Positions 9,263 through 19,643 of a DNA stretch of 64,000 nt are shown in pieces. The stretch spans positions 4,158 to 68,157 of IMG/VR virus record IMGVR_UViG_3300036859_000312. One strand, given 5' to 3'. How positions within the stretch are numbered: position 1 is the stretch's first letter; each line of letters starts with the position of its first letter. The position numbers and the translations under genes were made by a program. The stretch comes from a virus. The notes beneath the pieces were generated by a model. The model made no database searches. It was given only the letters and a program-made list of their open reading frames with translations, and had not been told where the DNA came from.

Positions 9263-10257
9263 TGGGTGACAAGACAGGCATAGAGTGGACCGAGAGCACG
9301 TGGAACCCTTTAGCTGGTTGTTCCCATGTCGGCCCCGAATGCGAAAACTGCTATGCGGCACGTGAGTCAGCGGGCCGCTTCCAGAATCATCCGCTCTATA
9401 AGGGCCTGACGTTCGCCGGCAAGTTCAACGGCAACATTCGACTTGCCCCTGACCGTCTCACGCAGCCTCTGAGTTGGGGTCGAGGACGCCGCATCTTCGT
9501 GAACAGCATGTCGGACCTATTCCACCCTCGTGTCCCGACCGAGTACATCGCTGAAGTATTCGCGGTCATGGTCCTGGCACGACGCCACCAGTTTCAGGTA
9601 CTCACGAAACGCCCAACGCGCATGGCCCGATTATTGGCGTCGGACAGCTTCCAAGACATGGTCGACGGCTGCCGGCCGCAACGGTCTCCGCTGTCTTTGA
9701 TGCCCGACTGGCCAGCCTCGAACATCTGGCTTGGCGTATCGATTGGGATCAATGGTTCTGTGTGGCGGGCTGACAAGCTGCGCCAGGCCCCTGCCGCCAT
9801 TCGCTTCATCTCAGCCGAGCCCCTGCTCGAAGCGTTACCCGATCTGAACCTGAATGGCATCGATTGGCTGATAGCTGGTGGCGAGTCCGGTCTGAACGCT
9901 CGCCCGATGCACCCTGACTGGGCCCGCGATCTCCGCGACCGCTGCCAGGCCCAGGGCGTCGCCTTCCATTTCAAGCAACACGGCGAGTACTTATCTGCCC
10001 TTGTGGAAGACGACCCGACCTTTGGAGGTGGGCGGGCCTTCAATCATCCGCTCGGAGGACGTCAATCGGCATCAGTGCGATTGCCTGGCGGCCCGTTCCG
10101 GGCGGGCGAATGGCAGCCCATGCGACCGGGTGACGTCACTGTCGGCGGGATTCATATGCTCGATGAATGCACTGTTGCTGTCCGTGTCGGGAAGAAGAAG
10201 GCCGGCCGCGTTCTCGATGGCCGCACATGGGACAACTATCCGGGGGTACCAGCATGA
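9262..10257 (+). CDS. Phage Gp37/Gp68 (DUF5131) family protein
   Basis: TGIEWTESTWNP..GC...C.NCYA, FVNSMSDLFH, SAEPLL, GGESG. Confidence 0.9.
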   Translation: MGDKTGIEWTESTWNPLAGCSHVGPECENCYAARESAGRFQNHPLYKGLTFAGKFNGNIRLAPDRLTQPLSWGRGRRIFVNSMSDLFHPRVPTEYIAEVFAVMVLARRHQFQVLTKRPTRMARLLASDSFQDMVDGCRPQRSPLSLMPDWPASNIWLGVSIGINGSVWRADKLRQAPAAIRFISAEPLLEALPDLNLNGIDWLIAGGESGLNARPMHPDWARDLRDRCQAQGVAFHFKQHGEYLSALVEDDPTFGGGRAFNHPLGGRQSASVRLPGGPFRAGEWQPMRPGDVTVGGIHMLDECTVAVRVGKKKAGRVLDGRTWDNYPGVPA

Positions 10258-12232
10258 ACGAGCGTCAGCTGTATGCGCTCACGCATCCACTTAACGGCGC
10301 CGACGCGGACATCGCCCCGTACCGGTCGATCCGCCAACATGGCGACGGCACCCTTCTCGTGGTCGTCCTGGCGGTCGACAGGTGAGCACGCCTCAACGAT
10401 GGGCAGCCGGTCTGGCATGCCTCCGTGTCCCTACAGAACCGCAAGGATCTCATCGACAACGAGCCCTACATCGAACACGCCGCGATCGGCGCGCTCACTG
10501 GTGTTGGCGGTCGCCACGAGTGGTGGTGCTGCCCGCGTGGCATCGGCCACCTCCGCGTCCCTGTCACCACAGTCGAGGCGGAACTGATCCCGCCTGGATG
10601 CGTCACCACCGATGCCGGCGAAACCGGACCACAACGACCCCGATCTTTGTAGGGAGTCCCTCATGGACCTGAACATCTTCCTGGGCCTTAGCCTCATCAT
10701 CTGCATCACGGGCTGGGTCGTACAGGCCGCCTTCACGAGCTATTGGCGGGATCGTTGCCTTGATTTCGAGGCGTCTCACCGGCCCCGCCCGAGAGCTATC
10801 CGGCAGGTCCCTCAGCCGGCCAAAGCGACAAGCGAAGACACGCTGCGCCTCCGTCGCCCGGTGCGGCCCCGTCACGTACCTGATCGCACGGCAACGTTGC
10901 GGCCTATCACGATCAAGGGGTGGCCGGCTCCTACGCCTGTCGGGCTGGCGATATGCCCTCCCAATTGACGGTCCGCGATCAGGTCTTCTATGACGAGGGT
11001 TGGTTCCTGGGGCACACCGGCCTAGAGGTCGGTGATGGCTGGAAATTGATGCCGGAGCCATGGCGGCAGGGGTTCACTGACGCCATCGAACGGCGATTGT
11101 CGAATCCGTGGCCGACGTTCTCGGTCGTCGTGTACCGCCAGTCTCAGGCTGCGGTCAATCAGGCTGTCCTGCGGTACCTGTGGGAGCCGGCCGTAGGACC
11201 CCCGCACGATGAGCTGAACCCGGATGATCAGACCGACGGGGGGCTGTTGGATGCGATGCGCTCGAAGGCGGTACCGGTCACCGATTCGGGCAGCGTCCTG
11301 GCCCACATCGAGGATCACCCAAACGAGCTAGTGGTCCGGACTGTCTTGGCGGGCGAACCCCGAACACCGGGAGACGTCGGCCGGTGGCTCGACTCGCTGC
11401 CCCGACAGCACCGGGTTGTGGTGCCGGCTGTGGTATCGGCCCGCCTATACGGGATGCTGCAACGCCGCGGGTTCAACCAACAGCATTGGTGGGACGACCG
11501 GCTAGGCATCTTCGACCATGGGGCCATGATCCGGGTACCCGAACTGTGATCACCAAAGCCGACTGTCCGTTCTGCCACCACCCCATCACGGTCCGGGGCC
11601 GGGGCCCGTGGCCCCTGCAACGCCACGATGTCAACGGTCACGCGGTCGCCTATATCGGCCGGCCATGCTTTCGGCTCTGCGCTGGCAGCCGCGCTGTCCT
11701 ACCTCTCTACGCCAACCCCTGGGCCCGCATGGCCCGTACACAGGAGCACCCCGTGCATCTCACCGTTTACCGCGAAGTCGAAGCCGACCACGTCAAGCCT
11801 GGCGATGTCATCGACTACGACGGCCCTCTCCCCATCGAGACGGTCGAACATCACCTGAACGGCGTTCGGCTACTTGGCCGCCGTCGCCCCAGCAGCCGTC
11901 GGACACCGGTTCAGTGCAAGCCCGGCGAACGTCTGCGTGTGTTTCCCACTCCCGCCCAGGAGGTCGAGGCTTGGGAGATGCTGAACGCTGCGGTCACGGA
12001 TACTGCCAGCGCCTGGCGCCGAAACGAACAGGACGTAGCCGAACCCGGCGCCGATCTCGTGGCGGCGCCCGTCGAATCGTCGGACATCGCCGGCAACCTT
12101 CAGATAGAGGCGGCCCTCCGAGACGGTTGTTTCACGCTCCGCCACGACACTCCTGTCACGCCCGAGGAACCCGCGACCCCCAGCCCCGTCGACCTCGACC
12201 AGGACTACGAACCGATCGCGGTTGATGGGTGA
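10254..12232 (+). other. Hypothetical ORFs (10254-10385, 10425-10652, 10663-10968, 10953-11549, 11546-12232)
   Basis: Tightly packed + strand ORFs. Confidence 0.55.
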
Positions 12233-12723
12233 CCAAAGCCAACCCGACCCCGGAACGCGAGTTCCAAAAGACATTGGTCGGCGTGTTGGAACTGTTCGGC
12301 TACCAGGTGAACCACACCTATCCGCTGCGCACAGAGCATGGCTGGCGGACCGGCACTACCGCGATCGGTTGGCCCGATCTCACAGCGGTACGCCCACCCC
12401 GGCTGCTCGTGATAGAGGTCAAGGGCGAACACACCCCCCTGGAAGAAGCACAACGTGCTTGGCTGTCCCTGTTCGCCGGGATCCCCTGCGCCAGGGCGTG
12501 GGTACTACGTCCCACCGATCCGCCATGGCCGGACGTACAGGCATGGATCCGCCGCCCCAAGGAAGCCCCCCGTGTCTACGGGTTCGATCTCACCCCTGAT
12601 CCGCTGCTGGCATTGGCGAACGTCCGTGCCGAAAAGGCCCGGCGCCGTGCAACGAAACGTCAGCAGCGGAGCAATCCGCCCGCCGCCCCGACCCTTCCAC
12701 TAGACACAGACCAACCGCGCTAA
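12229..12723 (+). CDS. VRR-NUC / PD-(D/E)xK nuclease (resolvase-like)
   Basis: EREFQ...GWPDL...IEVKG...Q..W. Confidence 0.8.
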   Translation: MTKANPTPEREFQKTLVGVLELFGYQVNHTYPLRTEHGWRTGTTAIGWPDLTAVRPPRLLVIEVKGEHTPLEEAQRAWLSLFAGIPCARAWVLRPTDPPWPDVQAWIRRPKEAPRVYGFDLTPDPLLALANVRAEKARRRATKRQQRSNPPAAPTLPLDTDQPR

Positions 12724-12757
12724 CGTAACGGTGCTTACGACCGACTAAGAGGAGCCC

Positions 12758-13108
12758 GTGATGGGATTGGACAGTTTCGAGGGGCATGACGTGATCGCGT
12801 CGGGTGTGGAAATGCCCGGCGCCAGCGGCGGCCTGAATAAGGCGCTGCGGGTCAGTGACCTTCAGCTCCACCATGGAGACCGTGTCACCCTGGTTCTCGA
12901 TTGCGAAGTCGTGAAGCTCCGATTCGATGAGGTCAAGGACAGCGACTCGTTGGAACGCATCCATGTGCTGCGCGTCCACAACGCTGCCCCCATCGACGGT
13001 GACGTTGTTGTCGAGGTGCTCGAACAGCAACGCAGGCGTGTCGAAGAGGCCAAGGGCGTTCAGAGCTTGCCCTACGCCGACGTTGACGAACCCGACGCCC
13101 AGGACTAG
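12758..13108 (+). CDS. Hypothetical protein
   Basis: GAGGAG RBS; 19-bp motif at 12708. Confidence 0.7.
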   Translation: MMGLDSFEGHDVIASGVEMPGASGGLNKALRVSDLQLHHGDRVTLVLDCEVVKLRFDEVKDSDSLERIHVLRVHNAAPIDGDVVVEVLEQQRRRVEEAKGVQSLPYADVDEPDAQD

Positions 13109-13117
13109 ACGGGTCCC

Positions 13118-13408
13118 TTGGCCACCCTGATGACACCCGCACCGTCGGATATCCCGACCGAGGCTCAACCGGTCCTGGCTGAGATTGAACGCATGTCAGC
13201 CAGGATCATCGAACTGGAGAACGAACTGGGCATCGACCCAGCCCATAAACGGGACATCAGCGGGGGCCTCTACCAACAGCGCCTCCAGCTCTACGCGAAA
13301 GCCCGAGCTCTGAAAGTCCCCTATCCAGTGATCGGTAGCGCGGCGGATACCTCGGGTGAATCGGTGCGGGCAGCGATGCACAAACACAACCGCAACCACA
13401 GCCCGTAA
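13118..13408 (+). CDS. Putative HTH DNA-binding protein
   Basis: C-terminal VPYPVIGSAADTSGESVRAAM helix-turn-helix-like segment. Confidence 0.5.
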   Translation: MATLMTPAPSDIPTEAQPVLAEIERMSARIIELENELGIDPAHKRDISGGLYQQRLQLYAKARALKVPYPVIGSAADTSGESVRAAMHKHNRNHSP

Positions 13409-13427
13409 CCGCGGTAACATCTCTGTC

Positions 13428-14900
13428 GTGGACCCCACCCTCGAACAACAAACGGCGCTAAACCTGTTCTCTACAGGCGACGATCTGGCTATCGAAGCGG
13501 GGGCTGGCACCGGCAAGACGACGACGTTGCAGATGCTCGCCCGTTCAACCCAGCGGCTGGGTACCTACCTGTCGTTTAACCGGGCAATCGCCAACGAAGC
13601 GGCCCGCAAGATGCCGATGTTCGTGCAGTCGTCCACGATGCACAGCTTGGCGATGCGTACGGTCGGGCGTCGACTACGCCACCGTTTGGATGCTCCCCGG
13701 TTGAACGGCTGGCAGCTCGCGAAACGTATGGGCGTCGGACCGGTAGCGATGCAGACAGGCACTCGTAGCAAGGTGCTACAGCCCGGGTTTCTTGCCGGTC
13801 ATGTGATGAAGGCTGTTGCCCGGTTCTGCCAGTCTGCTGACGATGAACCTGCCGTCGGCCATTTCCCGTACATCGAGGGCATCGACCTACGAGACAGTGC
13901 CGGGGCCCGCACCTGTAACAACAACCGCGAACTAGCCAAGCTGCTGCTGCCTCATCTGCAGGACGCTTGGATTGACCTGACCGACCCGAACGGCCGGTTG
14001 CGGTTCTCCCATGACGTCTACCTGAAAGTCTGGCAGCTCGAACGGCACGAGATCCCAGGCGACTACGTCATGCTGGACGAAGCTCAAGACGCCAACGGGG
14101 TCATGCTCGCTGCCATGACGAACGCTGCTGCCGCCGGCAAACAGGTCGTGTACGTCGGCGATACCCAACAGCAGATCTACGAATGGCGTGGCGCCGTTAA
14201 CGCTCTCGCCAATGTTGACGGTAACCGTGCGTTCCTGACGCAGTCGTTCAGGTTCGGGCCGGCTATCGCCGAGGTAGCGAACTGCATCCTTGAGCAACTA
14301 CATGCTGAGCTGAGCCTGACTGGCACGGACAGCATCGACAGCACGGTCGGCACCCTGACGGCCTACGACGCGGTGCTGTGCCGCACCAACGCGACAGCCG
14401 TCAATTCGGTGCTAGCGCTGCAACGCCGCGGTTTGCAGCCGTTCCTTGCGGGCGGCGCCTCAGAGATCGTGGCATTCGCTAACGCAGCTATCGCCCTACA
14501 GAACGGCGAAAAGACCTACCACCCTGAACTGGCGTGTTTCGACACATGGCGCGAAGTTCAGGAGTACGTAGAACAAGACCCGCAGGGCGACGAACTACGG
14601 ATGATGGTCTACCTGCTGGACGAATACGGCCCTCAGATCGTCCTGGACGCCCTGACGGGCCTTGTCGGGGAGGATCAGGCCGACGTCATCGTTTCGACCG
14701 CTCACAAGGCAAAGGGACGTGAATGGGGCCAGGTGCATATCGCCCCTGACTTCGATGACGGCGAAGGCGAGACCGGTCTACAGCCCGCCGAGTGGCGGCT
14801 GTTGTACGTGGCTTGCACCCGGGCCCGGCATGCGCTCGATGTCACCTGGTGCAAACCCGTCCGCGATCTACTCGCCCGCCCTGTGCTAGCCCCCAACTAG
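13428..14900 (+). CDS. UvrD/Rep-like SF1 helicase
   Basis: AGAGTGKTT, DEAQD, VGD..QQIY.WRGA, LTQSFRF, STAHKAKGREW, LYVACTRA; leaderless GTG 7 nt after TAACAT. Confidence 0.92.
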   Translation: MDPTLEQQTALNLFSTGDDLAIEAGAGTGKTTTLQMLARSTQRLGTYLSFNRAIANEAARKMPMFVQSSTMHSLAMRTVGRRLRHRLDAPRLNGWQLAKRMGVGPVAMQTGTRSKVLQPGFLAGHVMKAVARFCQSADDEPAVGHFPYIEGIDLRDSAGARTCNNNRELAKLLLPHLQDAWIDLTDPNGRLRFSHDVYLKVWQLERHEIPGDYVMLDEAQDANGVMLAAMTNAAAAGKQVVYVGDTQQQIYEWRGAVNALANVDGNRAFLTQSFRFGPAIAEVANCILEQLHAELSLTGTDSIDSTVGTLTAYDAVLCRTNATAVNSVLALQRRGLQPFLAGGASEIVAFANAAIALQNGEKTYHPELACFDTWREVQEYVEQDPQGDELRMMVYLLDEYGPQIVLDALTGLVGEDQADVIVSTAHKAKGREWGQVHIAPDFDDGEGETGLQPAEWRLLYVACTRARHALDVTWCKPVRDLLARPVLAPN

Positions 14901-14909
14901 GGAGGGACC

Positions 14910-15509
14910 ATGGACCTTGCCACTATCGACATCAGTCCCGAAGAAGCCAAAGACCGTCTCGCTGACTATGAGGAAGCCCTGCGCCGCGAGCGGTCTGCTG
15001 AGGACGAAGCGATCGCGGCGGGCTACCGGGCCGCAGCCAGGGGCCTGCCGGTCATCTCGCTCTCCCAGACGATGGCGGCCGGTGAATGGTTCCCCAACGG
15101 CCTGCCCCGCCTCGCCGTGTGCCGCGCTGACGCCCACGAGTGCTACGTCCGGGTCCACGGGCGGACCAGCGACCGGCGCTCCGTGACGTTCACAGACCGG
15201 GAGTGGGACCGTGGCCGTGCCCGGATCGGCGCCTACCGCGTCCAGGTCGACATGCCCCGCCCGGCTGTCGTCACCAACGAAGCGTGGCGTGGCCGCACGA
15301 TTGTTCCGCTCGTCCCGCCCCAACACCGGCCCCGCCGCCCACGCCTCGGCCGCTTCCACATCCTGTGGGAGGTCGAACAGTGGACGCTGATCCCGCCACG
15401 CGACCCCGCGCTTCTCCGCCATATCCAGGGTGACCTGTGGGCTGTGATGGCTGTGTGGGATCTGACCGACCTGGAACGGGCAGTCCTGTTCGCCCGTGGC
15501 GATTCGTGA
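14910..15509 (+). CDS. Hypothetical protein
   Basis: GGAGG RBS; HILWEV.W...DP.LL..I.GDLW.V...WDLT C-terminus. Confidence 0.75.
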   Translation: MDLATIDISPEEAKDRLADYEEALRRERSAEDEAIAAGYRAAARGLPVISLSQTMAAGEWFPNGLPRLAVCRADAHECYVRVHGRTSDRRSVTFTDREWDRGRARIGAYRVQVDMPRPAVVTNEAWRGRTIVPLVPPQHRPRRPRLGRFHILWEVEQWTLIPPRDPALLRHIQGDLWAVMAVWDLTDLERAVLFARGDS

Positions 15510-15565
15510 TGCCCTATCGTCAACAGCGGTGATAGGCCGTTGACGGCAGGGCAGGAGCGGGATCT

Positions 15566-17056
15566 ATGGGCGTAAAGGTCAACTATCGGGCCGACCAGGC
15601 CGACCGCAATTACGGGCGTAGCACCGGCCAGGTCTTCCAGAACGTTGACCAGGCCCTGCAATTCCTTCGCACCATCCCGCTAGCGGATCTGGTCAGCATC
15701 ACCGATGAAGTGACCGGGCAGGCAGCCCTGCCAGGCGTCCTCAACCTGGCTACCGCCCTGCCTGGCAATGTTCCCATCAACAAGTTCACCTACATCCCGG
15801 AGGGATGGGGCGATCAGTGGCGAATCGCCCGAGACCAGGCCCCTAGTCGCCTGGTGAAGTTCCAAGCGTGGGGGGATAGCAACACCGTCGGGGATGGGTC
15901 CACGGATCGCATCAACCGGGGATGGTTCGGCCTAGTCGGCGATGTCCTCAAGACCAAATACGGCGATGGCGGCTCGGGCTACCTGACATACGCCACAGCT
16001 CCCACCTCGACCGGCACATGGACTGCCGAGCAAGGGTTCAGCGGCGCTGCCGGTCGGGCAACCGCGGCAGCCACGAAATCGTGGGTCAATATCCGGGGCA
16101 CCACAATCCGGATCTTCTACCGCAACATCGGTGTCGTCGGAGTGCTCCGATACCGCATCGACGGCGGCAGCTTTACCAACATCACTCCACCGACTGCACC
16201 AACCGGTAACGAACCCGGGTTCGTTGAGGTCACCGGCCTCGCCAATGTCCCTCACACGCTCGACATCGAATGGGTATCCGGCGCGATAGTCCTGCACGGC
16301 ATTCAGGGCTCGTACAACACCGGGATTGCCACCTACCGGTGTGCCCAGGGGAGCCGTGCCGGCAGTGACTACTCGATGAACGAGATCCAGCGGCTCCAGA
16401 TCACCACGGCGGGCACGACCACGATCACAGCCGCGGCGCCCGGTTCGTTTACGCCGTTCATGCAGAACAAGTATCTGTCCAGCCCCACCCTGGCTCCGGG
16501 CACACAGATCACCGCGGTCGCGTCGGCCACATCTGCGACGATCGCTCCCGCGGCGACCGGTTCGGCCACGGAAACCGCGATCCTCGGGTTCAACCCGTCG
16601 ACCTCCGCGACGGTCCCCTACTCCACTGTTGAGGCGTCCCCATCGTTCGGTTTCGGCCGTGCCGATGTGCTGATGATTCTGCTCGGCGTCATCGACGCCC
16701 AGTCCGCCACCAACACCGCGGCCAGTTTCCGTAACGGCTTGTCCCACATCATCAGCGCTCACACATTCGGCCAGGCCGGCGCCGCCTACACCTACGCCCC
16801 TGACGTCATCGTCATTGTCGAGCACACCGGGTTCAGTCTGGGCTTCGATGTCGATCTCGAATACTCCGAAGACGCCGCTGTGGTCCGCGACATCGCTGAG
16901 GCCTACAACGCCGCTGTGATCGACTTCTGGGCTATGGGCCGACACTCGTTCCAAGGTGCAACCGACATGGGCCTACTGGCCGATTTCGTGCACATGTCCA
17001 ACGCCGGTCACGCCACCGTCGCACGCGCAGTCCTGAACGTCCTGGACGCAGCATGA
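15566..17056 (+). CDS. SGNH/GDSL esterase-domain tail-spike-like protein
   Basis: WGDSNT and DFVHMS motifs; Thr/Ala/Gly-rich beta segments. Confidence 0.7.
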   Translation: MGVKVNYRADQADRNYGRSTGQVFQNVDQALQFLRTIPLADLVSITDEVTGQAALPGVLNLATALPGNVPINKFTYIPEGWGDQWRIARDQAPSRLVKFQAWGDSNTVGDGSTDRINRGWFGLVGDVLKTKYGDGGSGYLTYATAPTSTGTWTAEQGFSGAAGRATAAATKSWVNIRGTTIRIFYRNIGVVGVLRYRIDGGSFTNITPPTAPTGNEPGFVEVTGLANVPHTLDIEWVSGAIVLHGIQGSYNTGIATYRCAQGSRAGSDYSMNEIQRLQITTAGTTTITAAAPGSFTPFMQNKYLSSPTLAPGTQITAVASATSATIAPAATGSATETAILGFNPSTSATVPYSTVEASPSFGFGRADVLMILLGVIDAQSATNTAASFRNGLSHIISAHTFGQAGAAYTYAPDVIVIVEHTGFSLGFDVDLEYSEDAAVVRDIAEAYNAAVIDFWAMGRHSFQGATDMGLLADFVHMSNAGHATVARAVLNVLDAA

Positions 17057-17110
17057 AAGACGGGATGACGAACAGCTGATCTAACGCCGAAGGCCAAGGA
17101 GGCCGACGCA

Positions 17111-17458
17111 ATGGCAAACAGCAGCAGCATCGTCTATCAACCAGCATCCCTCCGGGCAGCCGCCCGGTCTGTGACCGACCGGATCCGTGCCGGCTTCCAA
17201 CCCTGGGTAGGCCCTGACAGGAAACAACGCTGGGCCCGTGTCTCTGGTAGCCGCATCGAAGAGGCACCTATCACCCCACCCGAAGGTGTCGTGCTTGATG
17301 AACTGGCGTTCCTGAACGAACACCAACCAGCTGGCGCGCTGCATTGGCATCGCCTGTTCGGCATGTGGCGTTCCCATCGTCACGACAACGGCAACAACGC
17401 TCACTCCCACTACGTTGGGGGCCCGAGCTTGCAGGCAGGAGAAATCGACACCCCATGA
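17111..17458 (+). CDS. Hypothetical protein
   Basis: AAGGAGG RBS. Confidence 0.55.
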   Translation: MANSSSIVYQPASLRAAARSVTDRIRAGFQPWVGPDRKQRWARVSGSRIEEAPITPPEGVVLDELAFLNEHQPAGALHWHRLFGMWRSHRHDNGNNAHSHYVGGPSLQAGEIDTP

Positions 17459-18060
17459 CATCGATCACCCCAGGCGATGCCGGTACCCGCTGGATCGAAT
17501 ACGAGCCGGTCGGCTCCCTGAAACCCCACCCGGACAACCCCAAGGGTCACGCCCTCGACGCGCTGGTCGCCGCGGTCGAACGATTCGATTACACAGAACC
17601 TGTCCTCGTCTGTGAACGCACCGGCTACATCGCAGCCGGTCATGGCCGCACCGAAGCCATCATGCGTCGTCTTGCAGCGGGCGATCCTCCGCCCGATGGA
17701 GTGGCCGTCGCCGCGGACACGGGGGAATGGCTTGTCCCTGTGGTGCATGGCTGGTCCAGCACCGACGATGACGAACTGCGCTTCTACCTGTTCGCATCGA
17801 ACCATCTCGGGCCCGCGGGCGGCTGGATAAACGATGTCCTCGCGCCGCTCCTTCAGGATCTCGCCGAGGCCCCGGCCGGTCTGAACGGCACCGGTCTGAC
17901 CAGTGACAGTCTGGACGCCCTGCTCGCCGAGGTCACGCAACCCGACTTTCAACCAGTCGACCCCGCTGATCAGCCCCGCCTAGACCGCAAGTTTCACCTG
18001 GTCTGCAACAACTGCGGCGCTGCGGTTGATCCGGCAGCAGCCGAACGCGTCGAACAGTGA
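17455..18060 (+). CDS. ParB/Srx N-terminal domain protein
   Basis: LKPHPDNPKGH...EPVLV...IAAGHGR; C-terminal CxxC. Confidence 0.8.
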   Translation: MTSITPGDAGTRWIEYEPVGSLKPHPDNPKGHALDALVAAVERFDYTEPVLVCERTGYIAAGHGRTEAIMRRLAAGDPPPDGVAVAADTGEWLVPVVHGWSSTDDDELRFYLFASNHLGPAGGWINDVLAPLLQDLAEAPAGLNGTGLTSDSLDALLAEVTQPDFQPVDPADQPRLDRKFHLVCNNCGAAVDPAAAERVEQ

Positions 18061-18713
18061 CACTGCTGGTGGCGCCGTGTTCCCGCGACGCTGCCCTACA
18101 CGCCACCCGATGGTGGCACTACTCCCGATCCATGCCGCTAGGGCGGGTCATCTGCTACGGGGCCTGGTGGCAAGGCGAATTCAGAGGCGCTGTCGTCTAT
18201 GCCAGAGGCAACAACCGACATTTAGGCAAGCCCTACGGCCTGTCCGACAGCCGGCATGTCGTAGAGCTATGCCGCATCGCCCTGGACGATCACCCCGAGT
18301 TTCCTGTTACCCAGGTCGTCGCCCGAACCCTCAGCCAACTACAACACACCAACTCTGGACTACGGCTCGCCCTATCCTTTGCTGACCCTGAGCACGGCCA
18401 CGACGGTGCCATCTACCGGGCCGGGAACTGGATCTACTTAGGCCGCACAGAGCCCGTCCGTTACTTCTTGCATCGCGGCCGATGGGTGCACCAACGAGAC
18501 GTGACCGGCGCACCGCAGTTCCACAGTCGAGCATCAGGGATCCATCACCCCAATGTCGGCGGCAACCAGTCGCATATAGACATCGCGGCCCTCCCCTTCC
18601 GCGAGGCCTCCCCCAAGCACCGCTACGGCTACCCCTTCGACCGGGCCATGCGCCGCCAGTTGACCCATCTGTCAGTACCGTTCCCCGGGCAACGGTTGAA
18701 GATCGCTGAATGA
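18057..18713 (+). CDS. mom: Mom-family (GNAT) adenine-modification protein, copy 1
   Basis: HYS, ELCRIAL, SFADPEHGHDGAIYRAGNWIYLG, KHRY. Confidence 0.85.
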   Translation: MTLLVAPCSRDAALHATRWWHYSRSMPLGRVICYGAWWQGEFRGAVVYARGNNRHLGKPYGLSDSRHVVELCRIALDDHPEFPVTQVVARTLSQLQHTNSGLRLALSFADPEHGHDGAIYRAGNWIYLGRTEPVRYFLHRGRWVHQRDVTGAPQFHSRASGIHHPNVGGNQSHIDIAALPFREASPKHRYGYPFDRAMRRQLTHLSVPFPGQRLKIAE

Positions 18714-19389
18714 TGGATCAGCTGATCGTGGCCCCCTGTTCGCATGACGCCGCTAAGCACGCGGTGATGAACTGGCACTACAGCCGGGCCATGCCTACCG
18801 GCAAATTCGTGAAGCTAGGCGTTTGGGAAGACTCCCGATTCATCGGGGCAGTGCTATTTGGGCGGGGGCCGGCCCGTCAGCTCGGTAATCCGTTTGGGCC
18901 AGCCCGGTACAGGCCAGTGAGCTGGTCAAGGTTGCCTTAACAACTCACGACAACCCGACCAGCCAAATCGTTGCGAATGCTGTCGGAGTCCTACGAAGAT
19001 CCAACCCAGGGCTCCGGGTTTTGGTGTCGTTCGCTGATGAGGCCCAGGGCCATCATGGGACGCTCTATCAGGCGTTGAACTGGGTCTATACCGGATCGGT
19101 CTCCCAATCAGTGGTGTGTGTCCATGGACACCCAGTGCATAAGAAGAGCTTGTGGCGCCGCTATGGCACAGTCCGTATCGACTGGATACGCCAGAACGTG
19201 GATCCGCATGCGACGTGGGAGATGCAGCCGCCCAAGCATCGCTACGTGTTCCCTCTCGACCGGGCAATGCGTAAGACCGTGACTGCCATGGCATTACCGT
19301 ACCCACGCGGCCGAGGGCTCGAAGGTGAGCCGCTGGTGTCCCACACCAGAGGGGCGGGTTCGATCCCCGCCGGCCGCTCCATCCGTTAG
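18710..19389 (+). CDS. mom: Mom-family protein, copy 2, with a frame break near 18899
   Basis: N-half (HYS...LGNPFG) and C-half (SELVKVAL...SFADEAQGHHGTLYQALNW...KHRY) lie in frames offset by -1. Confidence 0.8.
19307..19381 (+). tRNA. Non-canonical tRNA-Gly(CCC) inside the mom-2 3' end
   Basis: GCGGCCG/CGGCCGC acceptor, U73 and encoded CCA; CTGGT-GTCCCAC-ACCAG; GCGGG-TTCGATC-CCCGC. Confidence 0.8.
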
Positions 19390-19394
19390 CGCGG

Positions 19395-19423
19395 TTGCGG
19401 TTCGGTGTTTCGCCGTGTACTGT
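19395..19423 (+). promoter_or_regulatory. Sigma-A-like promoter of the putative early operon
   Basis: TTGCGG-N17-TACTGT; the -35 lies inside an inverted copy of the 19-bp motif. Confidence 0.55.
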
Positions 19424-19473
19424 CGACGCATAGCCACTCAGGGGAGCCAACGGAGGCCCTTGGGGACAGGCCC

Positions 19474-19493
19474 GCTATTTGAAAAGCGAAGAG
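19474..19493 (+). promoter_or_regulatory. boxA-like antitermination element
   Basis: GCTATTTGAAAAGCGAAGAG resembles rrn/phage boxA; AT-rich island about 50 nt after the promoter. Confidence 0.4.
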
Positions 19494-19643
19494 ACGCAAG
19501 CAAGACGCATCAAGCGCGCGATCACACAAGATCTCGCTGCGTCGCAGATCACACCAGCCGGCAGCGGCCCGATAATGGGACCGCGGGGTGAGCACGAGCC
19601 CCCCAGTGGGGAGTGCATGGGACGATACCTACGACGCAGCATC

